Assembly (NCBI GenBank): GCA_963815455.1
Contig: CAWFGO010000002.1
Coordinates: forward strand, 192,001-256,000
Reading direction: 5' to 3'
Source: an uncultured Verrucomicrobiae bacterium
GTDB taxonomy: Bacteria; Verrucomicrobiota; Verrucomicrobiia; Chthoniobacterales; UBA10450
DNA: 64,000 nt
The notes below the pieces were generated by a model. The model did no database searches and was not told the origin of the DNA. It was given only the letters and a program-made list of their open reading frames with translations. Shown one piece after another: positions 40,703-51,057 of this stretch; the first letter of the stretch is position 1; each line of letters opens with the position of its first letter. Position numbers and translations under genes: made by a program.

Positions 40703-43052
40703 ATGAGTCCCATCCTCACATTTTTCATCGGCCTGGGGATGCTGGTCCTGTTCGGCTGGTATTTCGCCACCGATGTGGGCCTGCGGAAACGTCTCCTGGC
40801 CCTGGCGTTGATGATGTCGTTGGTCGCAGTCAGCCTGGTCACGATCTGGCCGCCGACGGAGAAAATCACGCTTGGTCTCGACATCAAGGGCGGCACTTCG
40901 TTTCTCATCCGACTGGTGGCCGGCGACAAGCAGATCAACAAGGTAATGCTCGATCAGGCAGTCGAAGTGATCCGGAAACGGGTCGATTTCTTCGGCACCG
41001 GCGAACCGATCATCGGCCCGGTCGGCAACGATCGGATTCTAGTGCAGCTTCCCGGCCTCAGGCCGGCGCAAATTCAGGAAGCGCGGGATCAGCTTTCGCG
41101 CGTAGCCAAGCTCGAATTTCGGCTGGTTTATCCCGATAACGGCCAGCGCTTGAAAGACGATCGACGAAGGCAAGGAAGTGATTCCGCCGGAATACCGGAT
41201 CGAGGTTTACAAGATCGCCGCGGAGGCAGATGAAAAGCCGCGAGAAGAGCGATTGCTCGTAAAAAAGAAGGCTGACTTGGGCGGCAATCACGTAACCGAA
41301 GCGCACGCCGGATTTGGTGACAAGGGTTGGGAGGTGACGCTGAAGTTCGACGGCGAGGGCGCAAAGAAGTTTGGCGAGATTACTGCAGCGCATGTGAATC
41401 ATCGCTTCGCCATCGTGCTGGACAACGGGGTTCATATCCGCTCCCAATGATTCAGGAACCAATCTATCAGCGGGAGCGCTCGCATCAGTGGCCATTTTAC
41501 CGAACAGGAGGCGCGGGGCCTCGCCAGCGTCTTGGAAAACCCGTTGCAGACGCCGGTAAGCATCGAGGAGGAGCGCAGCGTTTCGCCCACGCTGGGAATG
41601 GATTCGATTCGAGTGAGCGTAATCGCGGGCTTGATCGGCCTGGCCATCACGCTGTTCGCCGTGTCGATCTACTACAAGTTCGCGGGGTTGATCGTGAACC
41701 TGATGTTGATCGTCAATCTCATCCTGTTGCTGGGCGCGCTCACCATGTTCCGGTTCGTGCTGACCCTGCCCGGTATCGCCGGCATGATCCTGACCATTGG
41801 CATGGCGGTCGATGCCAGCGTGCTGATCTACGAACGGTTGCGTGAAGAAATGGCGGCTGGCAAGTCGCTCAAGGCCGCGCTCCCCGCCGCCTACGACAAG
41901 GCCTTCAGCTCGATCTTCGACGCCAACGTAACGACGCTCATCACGGCCGCGATCCTGTTCTGGAAAGCGAGCGGCCCGGTCAAAGGTTTCGCCATTACCC
42001 TGACCCTTGGAATTCTCGCTTCGCTTTTCACAGCCCTGATTGTCGGCAAGAACGCCCTAGGCTGGGCGGTCGATTCCGGCCGACTCAAGCGCATCTCGAT
42101 GTTGCATCTGATCACGGCCAAGAACATCAATTTCCTGAGCAAAGGTTTTCTGGCCTGCATGTGCTCGCTCGCGCTCATCATTGCCGGGGCGACCGCGTTC
42201 TACATGCGCGGGGAGAAGAATTTCGGAGTCGATTTCCGCGGAGGCGACCTCGTCACTTTTAGCGCCCCGAGCAAGATTAACGTCGGCCAGGTGCGCGGCG
42301 CCTTGAAACCGCTCGGGTTTGCCGACGCTACGATCCAGGAATCGCAACAAGGCGAGCGAAGTTACATCACCATTCGCACACCAATTAATACCAGTGACAG
42401 GATCGAGAAGCAGTTGGCCGATTCCCTTCCCGAGGCAGGCCTCCGAGTGGAGGGCTCCGAACGAGTGGGTGCGCTAGTCGGTGGTGAGTTGGCCAGAAGT
42501 TCTCTGATCGCGCTGGGGCTCGGGATTTTCGGGATTCTGATCTACGTCACGTTTCGCTTTGAACTTTCCTTCGCGGTGGGAGCGATCGTCGCCCTGTTGC
42601 ACGACGTCCTAATCACCGTCGGTGTGTTCGCGCTGCTCGGTCGAGAATTGACCCTCACCATGGTGGGCGCGGTGCTGACCATCGCCGGTTATTCGATCAA
42701 CGACACCATCGTTGTGTACGACCGGATTCGGGAAGGTCTGGCCAGCGGCCGCAAAGGTTCGGTCGAGCAGATCATGAACGAGAGCGTCAATCAGACCCTA
42801 AGCCGCACCATCCTGACCAGTGGCACCACCCTGATCCCGATCTGCTGCCTGTTTTTCCTGGGCGGCGCGGTCCTGCGCGATTTTGCCCTGGCCATCATCA
42901 TCGGCGTCGTGGTCGGGACGTATTCATCCGTTTTCATCGCCTCGCCGATCGTGCTCTGGTGGACCCGCGCCCGAGGCGGCAGCGCCACCGCCCTGCGCCG
43001 CGAAGTCACTCAGCAAACCACCGCGGCCAATCCCCTCGCGCCGAGGCCGTAA
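40703..43052 (+). CDS. secDF: Fused protein translocase SecD/SecF (frameshifts near 41155 and 41430-41470)
   Basis: LGLDIKGG, FAIVLD, LTLPGIAGMILTIGMAVDA, IFDANVTT, GVDFRGG, GYSINDTIVVYDRIRE, GTYSS. Confidence 0.95.
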
Positions 43053-43194
43053 GGGCCCGAACTGAAGCCTCTCGCGCTGGGCGCGCACCCGCCGGAGCGC
43101 CGAAGATAACTCAGTTTTCTGGGGATTTGACGGGACTGCCCGGCCCGATTAGGCTCCGCGTCGCCAGACCCATTAAACCCAGGAGTGATAATTG

Positions 43195-43389
43195 ATGCCA
43201 GAAGTGACCGTCCGCAAAGGTGAACCTGTCGATCGCGCGTTAAAGCGGCTTAAGAACAAGCTCGATGCCGAGGGCATTCTCGAGGAGGTCCGCCGTTTGC
43301 GCGCCTTCGAGACGCCCAATCAGAAGCATCGTCGCAAGGCCAAGGCCAACGCCAAACGCGTCCGCACAAAGTTCCGTTTCAATCCGTAA
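43195..43389 (+). CDS. rpsU: 30S ribosomal protein S21
   Basis: MPEVTVRKGEPVDRALKRLK...FETP. Confidence 0.93.
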   Translation: MPEVTVRKGEPVDRALKRLKNKLDAEGILEEVRRLRAFETPNQKHRRKAKANAKRVRTKFRFNP

Positions 43390-43398
43390 GATTGCCCA

Positions 43399-43464
43399 GT
43401 GTAGAGGCGCCCGTCTCGGGCGCATTTTCTGCACTCCCCGCGGCTGGCGCGACCGCCACTACAC
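43399..43464. repeat. GTAG-type REP doublet between convergent genes
   Basis: GTGTAGAGGCGCCCGTCTCGGGCGC ... GCGGCTGGCGCGACCGCCACTACAC; supplies the TAG of the FGE-domain gene. Confidence 0.75.
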
Positions 43465-45072
43465 TTCGCACTCGCAGACAACGCGAAAGCCGAGATCGTT
43501 GCAGGAATAATTAGGGGCGTTCGATCCGCGCACGGTCGCTTTGAGACTGTTGAAGCGCGATTTCCAACTGCCACCCCGATAAACCCGCCGGGCGCCGGTC
43601 GCCGGTCCTCGGGGGTTGACCCGGGCGGCGCCGTGATAGGGGGCGTAGTAATCGATGCACCATTCCCACACGTTGCCGGCCATGTCTTCGATTCCAAACG
43701 GGCTCGCCCCCAATGGAAATGACCCCACCGGCGAAGTTTCGGGGTAGCCGTCGTCGATCTCCCGGTCGCTCCAGGCAAACACGGTATTCTTATCGGCAAA
43801 GTTCCCCAGATCGCCCCGGCCTCCATGATTTCCCCACGGATATCGGCGGCCATCGGTCCCGCGGGCCGCATACTCCCATTCCGCTTCAGTGGGTAAGCGG
43901 TACTTCTTGCGTTCGCGGGCACTCAACCATTGGCAGAACTTGATCGCCTCGGCGCTGCTAACGTAGACCACCGGATGCCGGTCTCCGGCGCCCGGCATTC
44001 GTTTCTGCGCATGGGCGGGGTCGAATTTTTCGTAGTCGGCATTTGTAATCAAATACCGCGACAGATAAAAGCAGCCGACGGTTACTTTGGTCAGGGGCCG
44101 TTCGTTCGGGGCCGCCTCGGGATCTTCGCTTCCCATAGTGAATTCTCCCGATGGGATGAGCAGCATTTCGAAACCGAGCGAGCATGGAAAATTAGAATAA
44201 CGCGACCGTTCCGCCTGCGCATTGAGCTCGATCTTCTCTGGGAGAGGCGGTTTCTCCTCGGGTCCACGCACGGCCGTCGCCGGTTTCGGGACTTCTACTC
44301 GGCGGGGAGCGGGTGCTACCGCGGCGGCGAGCGACTTCTCATCGGCTTCTTCCAAATAAACATCGACAAGGTCCTCGGCTTCCCCAGGGTCCATGCCGAG
44401 GTTTTCTGCCATGTTGATGAGGGCATCGCGCTGGTCGTCCGTCATCGAATCACTGTCGAGGCCGCTCAGCCGCAGCAGTCGGAGAAATTCTCCCTCGGCA
44501 TTAACGGGCTGTTTTCCGTTCGATTGCTGGGCCGGGGATGGTTTCGCTGAGGCGGGCGCTTGGACACGCTGGACGCCCCGTTCCTTCAATTCCGTCTCGA
44601 TCAACGATGTCATTTGCTCGTTGCCCAGACCGTTTTCCGCCCCAAAGCGCAGTAAGTTCTTTTCCTCCTCGGCGGTCAAAATCCCATCCGCCGTGGCAAA
44701 GCTGAAGTATTTCCTAAATTCCCCCAAGGCGGCTTCGTGAAGATGCGTAGCCAGGCGTTCATCCAGCTCATGGCGCCGGGCTGGATCGAGCAGTTCCACG
44801 CGCGCCTCGGTCAGGTACCGCGACGATTCGTCCAGTCCAGCCCGCAGCATTTGTGCGATTGGATTGCTCGGCTGGTTCTTGAGCGGCAATTTTTTCTGCC
44901 ACCAGCGCAGCAGTTCCCGGCAATGTTCTTCGATCAGCTCGTTGCTCGGATTCGAGCGCGGATCGAGACAGAGACGCTCGTAGGAATTCGACGAACTATA
45001 ATTGTTCCAGCCGTCCCACTTTTTGGGGTCGTCTGGGAGCGGAATGGGAAAACTGATGTCGCATTTAGGCAT
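43459..45072 (-). CDS. SUMF1/FGE-sulfatase domain protein with N-terminal J-domain-like and helical regions
   Basis: IPSGEFTMGS, ITNADY, HPVVYVS, RLPTEAEWEYAARG, DMAGNVWEW, RGGSW, LGFRV; N-terminal YERLCLDP...LLDPARRHELD. Confidence 0.85.
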   Translation of the reverse strand: MPKCDISFPIPLPDDPKKWDGWNNYSSSNSYERLCLDPRSNPSNELIEEHCRELLRWWQKKLPLKNQPSNPIAQMLRAGLDESSRYLTEARVELLDPARRHELDERLATHLHEAALGEFRKYFSFATADGILTAEEEKNLLRFGAENGLGNEQMTSLIETELKERGVQRVQAPASAKPSPAQQSNGKQPVNAEGEFLRLLRLSGLDSDSMTDDQRDALINMAENLGMDPGEAEDLVDVYLEEADEKSLAAAVAPAPRRVEVPKPATAVRGPEEKPPLPEKIELNAQAERSRYSNFPCSLGFEMLLIPSGEFTMGSEDPEAAPNERPLTKVTVGCFYLSRYLITNADYEKFDPAHAQKRMPGAGDRHPVVYVSSAEAIKFCQWLSARERKKYRLPTEAEWEYAARGTDGRRYPWGNHGGRGDLGNFADKNTVFAWSDREIDDGYPETSPVGSFPLGASPFGIEDMAGNVWEWCIDYYAPYHGAARVNPRGPATGARRVYRGGSWKSRFNSLKATVRGSNAPNYSCNDLGFRVVCECEV

Positions 45073-45073
45073 C

Positions 45074-46636
45074 TTACTGAACGCTCAACTCGCCCAGATT
45101 GGAGCAGGCCCTGCCGATTTCGTCGGGAGCCAGGCCGGTATTGCGCTCGATTGCGACCTGGGCACGGTTGCCGCACGCCTCGACAGCAATCTCAAGCACC
45201 TGGTTGGCATTGTATTCGTAAGTCACATCCACCGGCGAACCTTTTGGCAAGAATGCCGGCAGTTTAATGTGGCAGGTTCCAAGAGGCGTACACTCCGCCG
45301 GCACGGTGCTCTCGCCTTCGACCACCCGGACAACTGCCCGCGGCATATTCGAATTGGCCGTGCCGAACGAATTCATCGCTGCCGCCGGAATGGCCGTGCG
45401 CTTCTTGATCATTGGAAAAACATATTCCTCGAGGTGCTTGTCATCCCAAAGCACCACGCCAAGCGTGTGCGAGGTGATGTCGGTCACCTGCATTAACTGG
45501 CCGTCGGCCGAAGAAAATTGCCGCCGCGTATCGTCACCCAAGAGTTTCATGCCGGAGGCATCTCCTTCGCGCAGCAACGACAGCGTCGCCTGAATCGCCG
45601 CGCCCACCGCCACCGCCTCGTCCGGGTTTACCTCGTCCACCAGCGGCGCATCCAGCGAACCCGCCACCATTTCGCGCACCATTGGCATTCGCGTCATGCC
45701 GCCCACCATCAGAACCTTGTCGATCTTGTCCCATTTCAATTTCGCTTCCTGCATCACGATCTCACAGATCGTTTTGCATTTTTCGATCAGATGCCGAGTG
45801 AGTTTTTCGAATTCCTTCCGGCTCAATTCCACTTTAACGCTCTTGCCATTGTGATGATGCACAATGGTGGTGGTTTTCCGGCTCGAAAGCTGGATCTTCG
45901 CGGCCGTCGCCCGGAGTTGCAGGTCCTGGTAACTCTGCAAATCGAGCAGCGGATTCTCGCCATGGGCGCGATCGAACTGCTCGGCCACGTGGTTCACAAT
46001 CACGTCGTCCCAATCTTTTCCACCGAGACGGTGATCGCCGTTGGTGGTTACGATGTCGATCTTGTGCCCCTCAATCCGCATGATGGTGACATCGAACGTG
46101 CCACCACCGAGATCGAAAACGAATACCGTTTGATTCTCATCGAGCTTATCGAGTCCGTAGGCAAGCGCCGCCGCAGTAGGCTCGTTAACGAGCTGGACGA
46201 CATTTAGCCCGGCTAGTTGTCCGGCCGTGATTGTCGCCGTGCGCTCGGCATCGTTGAAATAGGCCGGCACAGTAATGACCGCGTCGGTCACCGGTTCCTT
46301 CAGATACTTTTCCGCGTCGGCCTTGAGCTTCTTCAAAATCAGGGCGGAAAGCTCTTCCGCCGAATAAATCTTGCCATCGAATTCGCGATTGAATTGCTGT
46401 TTCGGCTTGCCCATCTCGCGCTTCACGAAATCGACGATCCGCTCCGGCTCAGCCACGGAATTATTCTTCGCCAATGTGCCGACAATCACGTTGGTTCCCT
46501 CGAAGAAAATAACCGACGGGGTGATGCGTTCGTTCTCCGAGTTGGGGATGATCTGCGGTTTGCCGTAAGTATCGATATGCGCAACGGCGCAGAAGGTGGT
46601 TCCGAGGTCGATCCCGATTGCTTTGCGTTGGCTCAT
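45074..46636 (-). CDS. Hsp70/DnaK-family protein lacking the helical lid (non-canonical paralogue)
   Basis: GIDLGTT, ITVPAYFND, NEPTAAA, DLGGGTFD, VGGMTRMP, NPDEAVAVGAA; only 520 aa. Confidence 0.93.
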   Translation of the reverse strand: MSQRKAIGIDLGTTFCAVAHIDTYGKPQIIPNSENERITPSVIFFEGTNVIVGTLAKNNSVAEPERIVDFVKREMGKPKQQFNREFDGKIYSAEELSALILKKLKADAEKYLKEPVTDAVITVPAYFNDAERTATITAGQLAGLNVVQLVNEPTAAALAYGLDKLDENQTVFVFDLGGGTFDVTIMRIEGHKIDIVTTNGDHRLGGKDWDDVIVNHVAEQFDRAHGENPLLDLQSYQDLQLRATAAKIQLSSRKTTTIVHHHNGKSVKVELSRKEFEKLTRHLIEKCKTICEIVMQEAKLKWDKIDKVLMVGGMTRMPMVREMVAGSLDAPLVDEVNPDEAVAVGAAIQATLSLLREGDASGMKLLGDDTRRQFSSADGQLMQVTDITSHTLGVVLWDDKHLEEYVFPMIKKRTAIPAAAMNSFGTANSNMPRAVVRVVEGESTVPAECTPLGTCHIKLPAFLPKGSPVDVTYEYNANQVLEIAVEACGNRAQVAIERNTGLAPDEIGRACSNLGELSVQ

Positions 46637-46717
46637 AAGTGGAGTGGAAATGCGATGTCGATCTTGGGCCGATGCCCAGGCCGCTTAGGTGCAGTTTTCG
46701 TGCCGGAGAACCGGCCT

Positions 46718-46784
46718 ATTTTGGAGTGCGCGCCGACGTATTGCCGACCTCTTGATGCACGGACATATGCGCGCCCTCCAAAAT
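46718..46784. repeat. TGGAG-type REP-like inverted repeat at the grpE-like stop
   Basis: ATTTTGGAGTGCGCG ... GCGCGCCCTCCAAAAT. Confidence 0.65.
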
Positions 46785-47504
46785 TATCCCATGCGCTTGG
46801 CGATAACCTCTTCAGGTCGAATGAGCTTCCCGCGCCAGAGAAATCCGCGCCTCACCCGCATGACGATTCGCCCGTCGTCTTCGGCAAAATCTGCCGGCTC
46901 GTAGCTGACAACCCGGTGAACGGCAGCGATCGAGAAATTCCCTCGGTTCAACCTCTTTCACCTCAAATCGGTGAAGGATCTCCACCAGCGAATGAATCGC
47001 GTTGTCCAAATTATCCCGCCACTGCGCGACATGGCCGCGCTTTTTTTGCTCGTCGGCTGACCTGCGCAACTGCTCGGCCAGGCCGTTCAGATCGTCATAG
47101 AGCAGCACCAAATCGTGAATGAACGGTTTCTGAAGCGATTCGTGCAAAAAATTGTCGCGATAATTTAGTAACTCCGCGTGTAGCGTATCGAACAACTTCT
47201 GGTTCACACTCTCGCTGCCACGGATCGCAGTCAGACTCTCATCCATCTTTTCCAGCCGCTGCGCGAAATCGGCCGGCGCTCCTGCCGAGGCGGCCGCCGC
47301 ATTGTCGTTCTTATTCGTTAGCACGCCCTCCAGGCTCTCCAGCCGGGTGCCCAACCCGCGAACCTCCCAAACTAGTTTGGACAAAGCGTCGGTGCCTCCC
47401 GGATGGTCCTCTCCGGGCCCAAGCCTCAGGGTCTTTTGCGCCTCGGCGCTCAACTGTTGCATCGCCGCGGCGAACTCGTCTGACGTTTTTAGTGGTTCAG
47501 ACAT
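46784..47504 (-). CDS. GrpE-like nucleotide exchange factor (frameshift near 46930)
   Basis: Coiled coil, LVLLYDDL, LVEILHRFEVKEV; shifted frame gives HRVVSYEPAD..RIVMRVRRGFLWRGKLIRPEEVIAKRMG. Confidence 0.8.
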
Positions 47505-49023
47505 TTGCTGGATTCCCAGCGAAGAAGCTTCGGATCGCCTGCACCAATCCGTCGATGTCGTGCATGCGTGCTTCAACGTCTACTTTCAGGCCATGATCGC
47601 GTGCCGTCTTCGACGTGATCGGGCCGATGCTGGCAATTTGCATCCCCTTCGGCCACGACAAACCGAGTCCGAGAAAATTTTCCACAGTCGATGAGCTGGT
47701 AAACGTGATCAGGTCGGCCCCTTCCTCCAATAAACGGCGGCGCGCGCCGGTCAGGTCGCGCGTCTCTGGAACGGTGCGATAAGCGAGGGCTTCGTCCACA
47801 ATTGCTCCCAAAGATGAGAGCCCCTTCGGAAGCACGTCCCGGGCCCTTTCCGGCTGCACCAGGAGGATCCGCAGGTTTTCCACGCTCCCCTGTTTCTGAA
47901 AAGCCCGGGATACCGCTTCGGCCACGGAATCCTCCGGCTGAAGATCGACATGGAAATGGAAATCCTTGACCCGCTGGGCCGTGGCCGGGCCGATAGCCGC
48001 GATCCGGGCTGCGCCAATTTCGCGGCCGTCGTCGTAAAGTTTGAAAAACATATCGAAAAAGGCCTCTACGCCGTTCGCGCTGGTGAAGACGATCCAGTCA
48101 TACGCATGAGCGTCCTGCACCAGTTCGGCAAAAGCGCGCACATCGATGGGAGGCTCGATTCGGATCGTCGGTAATTCGAGCACTTCAGCACCCAAAACCC
48201 GCAATTTGCCGCTCAGCGCACCCGCCTGTTTTCGCGTCCGCGTTACCACAATCCGTTTCCCCGAAAGCGGCCGTTTTTCGTACCAGTTCAAGTTTTTTCG
48301 CAGCTCTACCACTTCGCCAAAAACCGCCACCGCCGGCGCTTCGAATCTGGCATCGAGAGCGCGTTTGGCGATGTCTTCCAGAATCCCGACCAGGGTCTCC
48401 TGCCGACCGGTTGTGGCCCAGCGCACCAGCGCCACCGGCAAATCCGCGCGCACATTCTGCCGGAGCATTTCGCGCGTGATCGCTTCCAGCCGTTCCACCC
48501 CCATCAGCATCACTTGCGTCCCCCCGATTTTCGCCAGCCCCGCGTAATCGATCGCGCTTCCGGTTTTTTCCGGATCTTCGTGCCCGGTAAAAAACGTGAC
48601 GTGTGAATTTTCCGCGCGATGCGTCACCGGAATTCCAGCGTAAGCCGGCCCGGCTATCGCGGAAGTAATTCCCGGCACGATTTCAAATTCAATTCCCGCA
48701 TCGACAACCGCCTTCGCCTCCTCCGCGCCGCGTCCGAAAACAAACGGATCGCCGCCTTTTAATCGAACGACCTGTTTGTCTGCGCCCGCTTTTTCGATCA
48801 GCAGCGCGTTGATCTCATCCTGCTTCAGCGCGTGCTGGCCGGCTTGTTTGCCCGCGTAAATAATCTCCGTCTCCTCCCGGGCCCAGGCGAGCATCGCCGG
48901 ATTCGCCAGATGGTCGTAAACGATCACATCCGCCTGTTCGATGCACTCCTTCGCCCGCAACGTAACCAGTCCAAGATCCCCCGGCCCCGCGCCGACAAGA
49001 TAAACCTTCCCTTTGTTTTTCAT
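47497..49023 (-). CDS. cobA: Uroporphyrinogen-III C-methyltransferase / synthase fusion (CobA-HemD)
   Basis: VYLVGAGPGD, RLKGGDPFVFGRG, VPGITS; C-terminal IVVTR, FTSANGV, AIGPAT, FTSSSTV. Confidence 0.95.
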   Translation of the reverse strand: MKNKGKVYLVGAGPGDLGLVTLRAKECIEQADVIVYDHLANPAMLAWAREETEIIYAGKQAGQHALKQDEINALLIEKAGADKQVVRLKGGDPFVFGRGAEEAKAVVDAGIEFEIVPGITSAIAGPAYAGIPVTHRAENSHVTFFTGHEDPEKTGSAIDYAGLAKIGGTQVMLMGVERLEAITREMLRQNVRADLPVALVRWATTGRQETLVGILEDIAKRALDARFEAPAVAVFGEVVELRKNLNWYEKRPLSGKRIVVTRTRKQAGALSGKLRVLGAEVLELPTIRIEPPIDVRAFAELVQDAHAYDWIVFTSANGVEAFFDMFFKLYDDGREIGAARIAAIGPATAQRVKDFHFHVDLQPEDSVAEAVSRAFQKQGSVENLRILLVQPERARDVLPKGLSSLGAIVDEALAYRTVPETRDLTGARRRLLEEGADLITFTSSSTVENFLGLGLSWPKGMQIASIGPITSKTARDHGLKVDVEARMHDIDGLVQAIRSFFAGNPANV

Positions 49024-49959
49024 GCTCCTGCTCGCTTGCCGCGCCGTAGCTTTGCGAAGGCGGGTGCTCGTAATCGATCCAACAGCTGCGCGGCAAGACG
49101 TTCTCCCTGATCGCGCTCACCTTCCACTTCGCCTTCGTCCGGCGCTGCCGAATCATCCCGGAAAAACTGCGCCCGCATTTTCATCACGCCGCTGTCGATC
49201 CTGGCCAGAACACCAACCGGCGCGTTGCAGTCCACGTTAAGCAATCGCAGAAACGCGCGTTCCGCTCGGAGGCAAAGCAATGTGTCCCGGTCGTTCACAG
49301 AATCGACAATGGCTCTCACTTTTTCATCATCGGCGCGAATTTGAATCGCGATGATCCCCTGCCCGCCGGCCGGCAAAAAAATTTCCTGCGGCAGAACATC
49401 CGCACCCAAATTCCCCGACCAAAGGCTCAGCCGCTCGAGCCCGGCTCGGGCCAGCACGATTGCGTCCCAATTATTTTCCGCCAATTTGCGCAAACGCGTC
49501 GGCACATTGCCGCGAAGATCGACAACTGTTAAGATCGGGCCGTTTCCAGAGCAATTGACGTTTCCGTCGCACGCTGCTGGTGGCAATGGTCGCGCCCTTT
49601 GGAAGGCCGGCAAAACCGGATGGGTGCTTCGAAATCAGGACGTCGTTGGATGGCCCACGCGGCAGGACCGCGGCGATCTCCGCGCCCGGATTTGTTTCGC
49701 TCGGCAAATCCTTGGCGCTGTGGACCGCCAGATCGACATCTCCGGCCAGCAACGCTCGCTCGATTTCCGCAGTGAACAATCCTTTCCACCCCGCGCGATG
49801 ATCGACAATCTTCTTTTGATCGCCCGTTGTCTTGATGATTCGCGTCTCGATCTTCAGTTCAGACCGTTGCGCCTGCAGCGCATCGGCGACCAGTTTACTT
49901 TGCCGAAGCGCCAGTTCGCTTCCGCGCGTGCCGAGCACAATCTTTAATGCGGCGGTCAT
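49020..49959 (-). CDS. hemC: Hydroxymethylbilane synthase (frameshift near 49530)
   Basis: GTRGSELALRQ, KGLFTAEIE, AVHSAKDLP, TSSVRR; then DLRGNVPTRL, LPAGGQG, AERAFL, DCNAPVG. Confidence 0.93.
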
Positions 49960-49973
49960 AGACCGCCGCTACA
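49949..49973. repeat. GTAG-type REP palindrome forming the hemA stop and hemC start
   Basis: Minus strand TGTAGCGGCGGTCTATGACCGCCGC; near-identical copy at 50811-50835. Confidence 0.85.
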
Positions 49974-51057
49974 GCTCGGAAGCACGCAGCGAACTTTCTT
50001 CCACCGATGGATGTTCCATGCCCGATGTTCGACCAAGTCCAGCCGAGACCTTTTCGCCAAAGTCGGCAACGTGTGTGACGATAATTTCCTCGGCGGCAGC
50101 CATCTGCTGCCGGCGCAACGCGAGCGATTGCTCGGCGATCGATTGCAACGAATCGATATCGTAAAGATAGACGCCTCCCATTTCGTTCACATCGGGATCG
50201 ACATCGCGCGGCACGGCGATGTCGATGATAAAAAGCGGCCGGTCCAGGCGGTCGCGCAACATCGGCGCAAGATTTTCAGAACTGAGCAACGGCGTCTCGG
50301 ACGATGTCGACGCGATCATGATGTCGATCTCGCGGCATTGCTCCGGCCATTGATCGAAGGAGACCACTCGCCCGCCCACCAGCCGGACCAAGTCTTCGGC
50401 CCGTTCGATGGAACGATTGCTCACGCGCAGATCGGTCACGCCCCGCGAAATTAGCGCCCGCGCCGTGCGTTCACTCGTTTCACCGGCGCCGAGCACGAGA
50501 ACTTTGCGATCGGTCAATTCGCCAAAAATTCGCTGAGCCAGATCGACTGCGACAGATCCGACCGAAACCAAGCCGCGTGCGATCTCGGTGTGAGTGCGCA
50601 CCTGTTTCGCCACCCGGAACGCGCGCTGGAACAACCGATGCAGATACGAGCCGGCTGCGCCGGAAGTGCGGGCCGATTCATAGGCCTTCTTGGCCTGGCC
50701 GAGAATCTCGCTCTCGCCCACGACCATCGAATCGAGCCCCGAAACGACACGAAAAAGATGCTGCACGCATCTGTTGCCTTCGTACCGGTAAAATGGAGGA
50801 GCTTCTGCGCTGTAGCGGCGGTCTATGACCGTCGCACTCTTATCGATTTCCCGCACCAAACACTGCGCAATTTCATCTGTCGATACCCGTTTCTCCGAGG
50901 CGCCGTAAACTTCCACACGATTGCAGGTAGCCAGCAACAGTGCCTCCACGCAACCGGCATCGCGCAAAGTGGATTCGCTCCGGGCGTGACCAGCGAAGCG
51001 CTCGCGAGTCTCGACCGTGGCGGTGTGATGGCTCAGCCCGACGCAGAAGATATTCAT
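49969..51057 (-). CDS. hemA: Glutamyl-tRNA reductase
   Basis: GLSHHTA, TCNRVE, GLDSMVVGESEILGQ, GAGET, DIAVPRDVD. Confidence 0.96.
   Translation of the reverse strand: MNIFCVGLSHHTATVETRERFAGHARSESTLRDAGCVEALLLATCNRVEVYGASEKRVSTDEIAQCLVREIDKSATVIDRRYSAEAPPFYRYEGNRCVQHLFRVVSGLDSMVVGESEILGQAKKAYESARTSGAAGSYLHRLFQRAFRVAKQVRTHTEIARGLVSVGSVAVDLAQRIFGELTDRKVLVLGAGETSERTARALISRGVTDLRVSNRSIERAEDLVRLVGGRVVSFDQWPEQCREIDIMIASTSSETPLLSSENLAPMLRDRLDRPLFIIDIAVPRDVDPDVNEMGGVYLYDIDSLQSIAEQSLALRRQQMAAAEEIIVTHVADFGEKVSAGLGRTSGMEHPSVEESSLRASEL

Noticed and set aside
41150..41470. Programmed frameshifting in secDF (and in hemC, marC, rfbD)
   Set aside because: No consistent slippery motifs; multiple scattered indels are better explained by sequence error.
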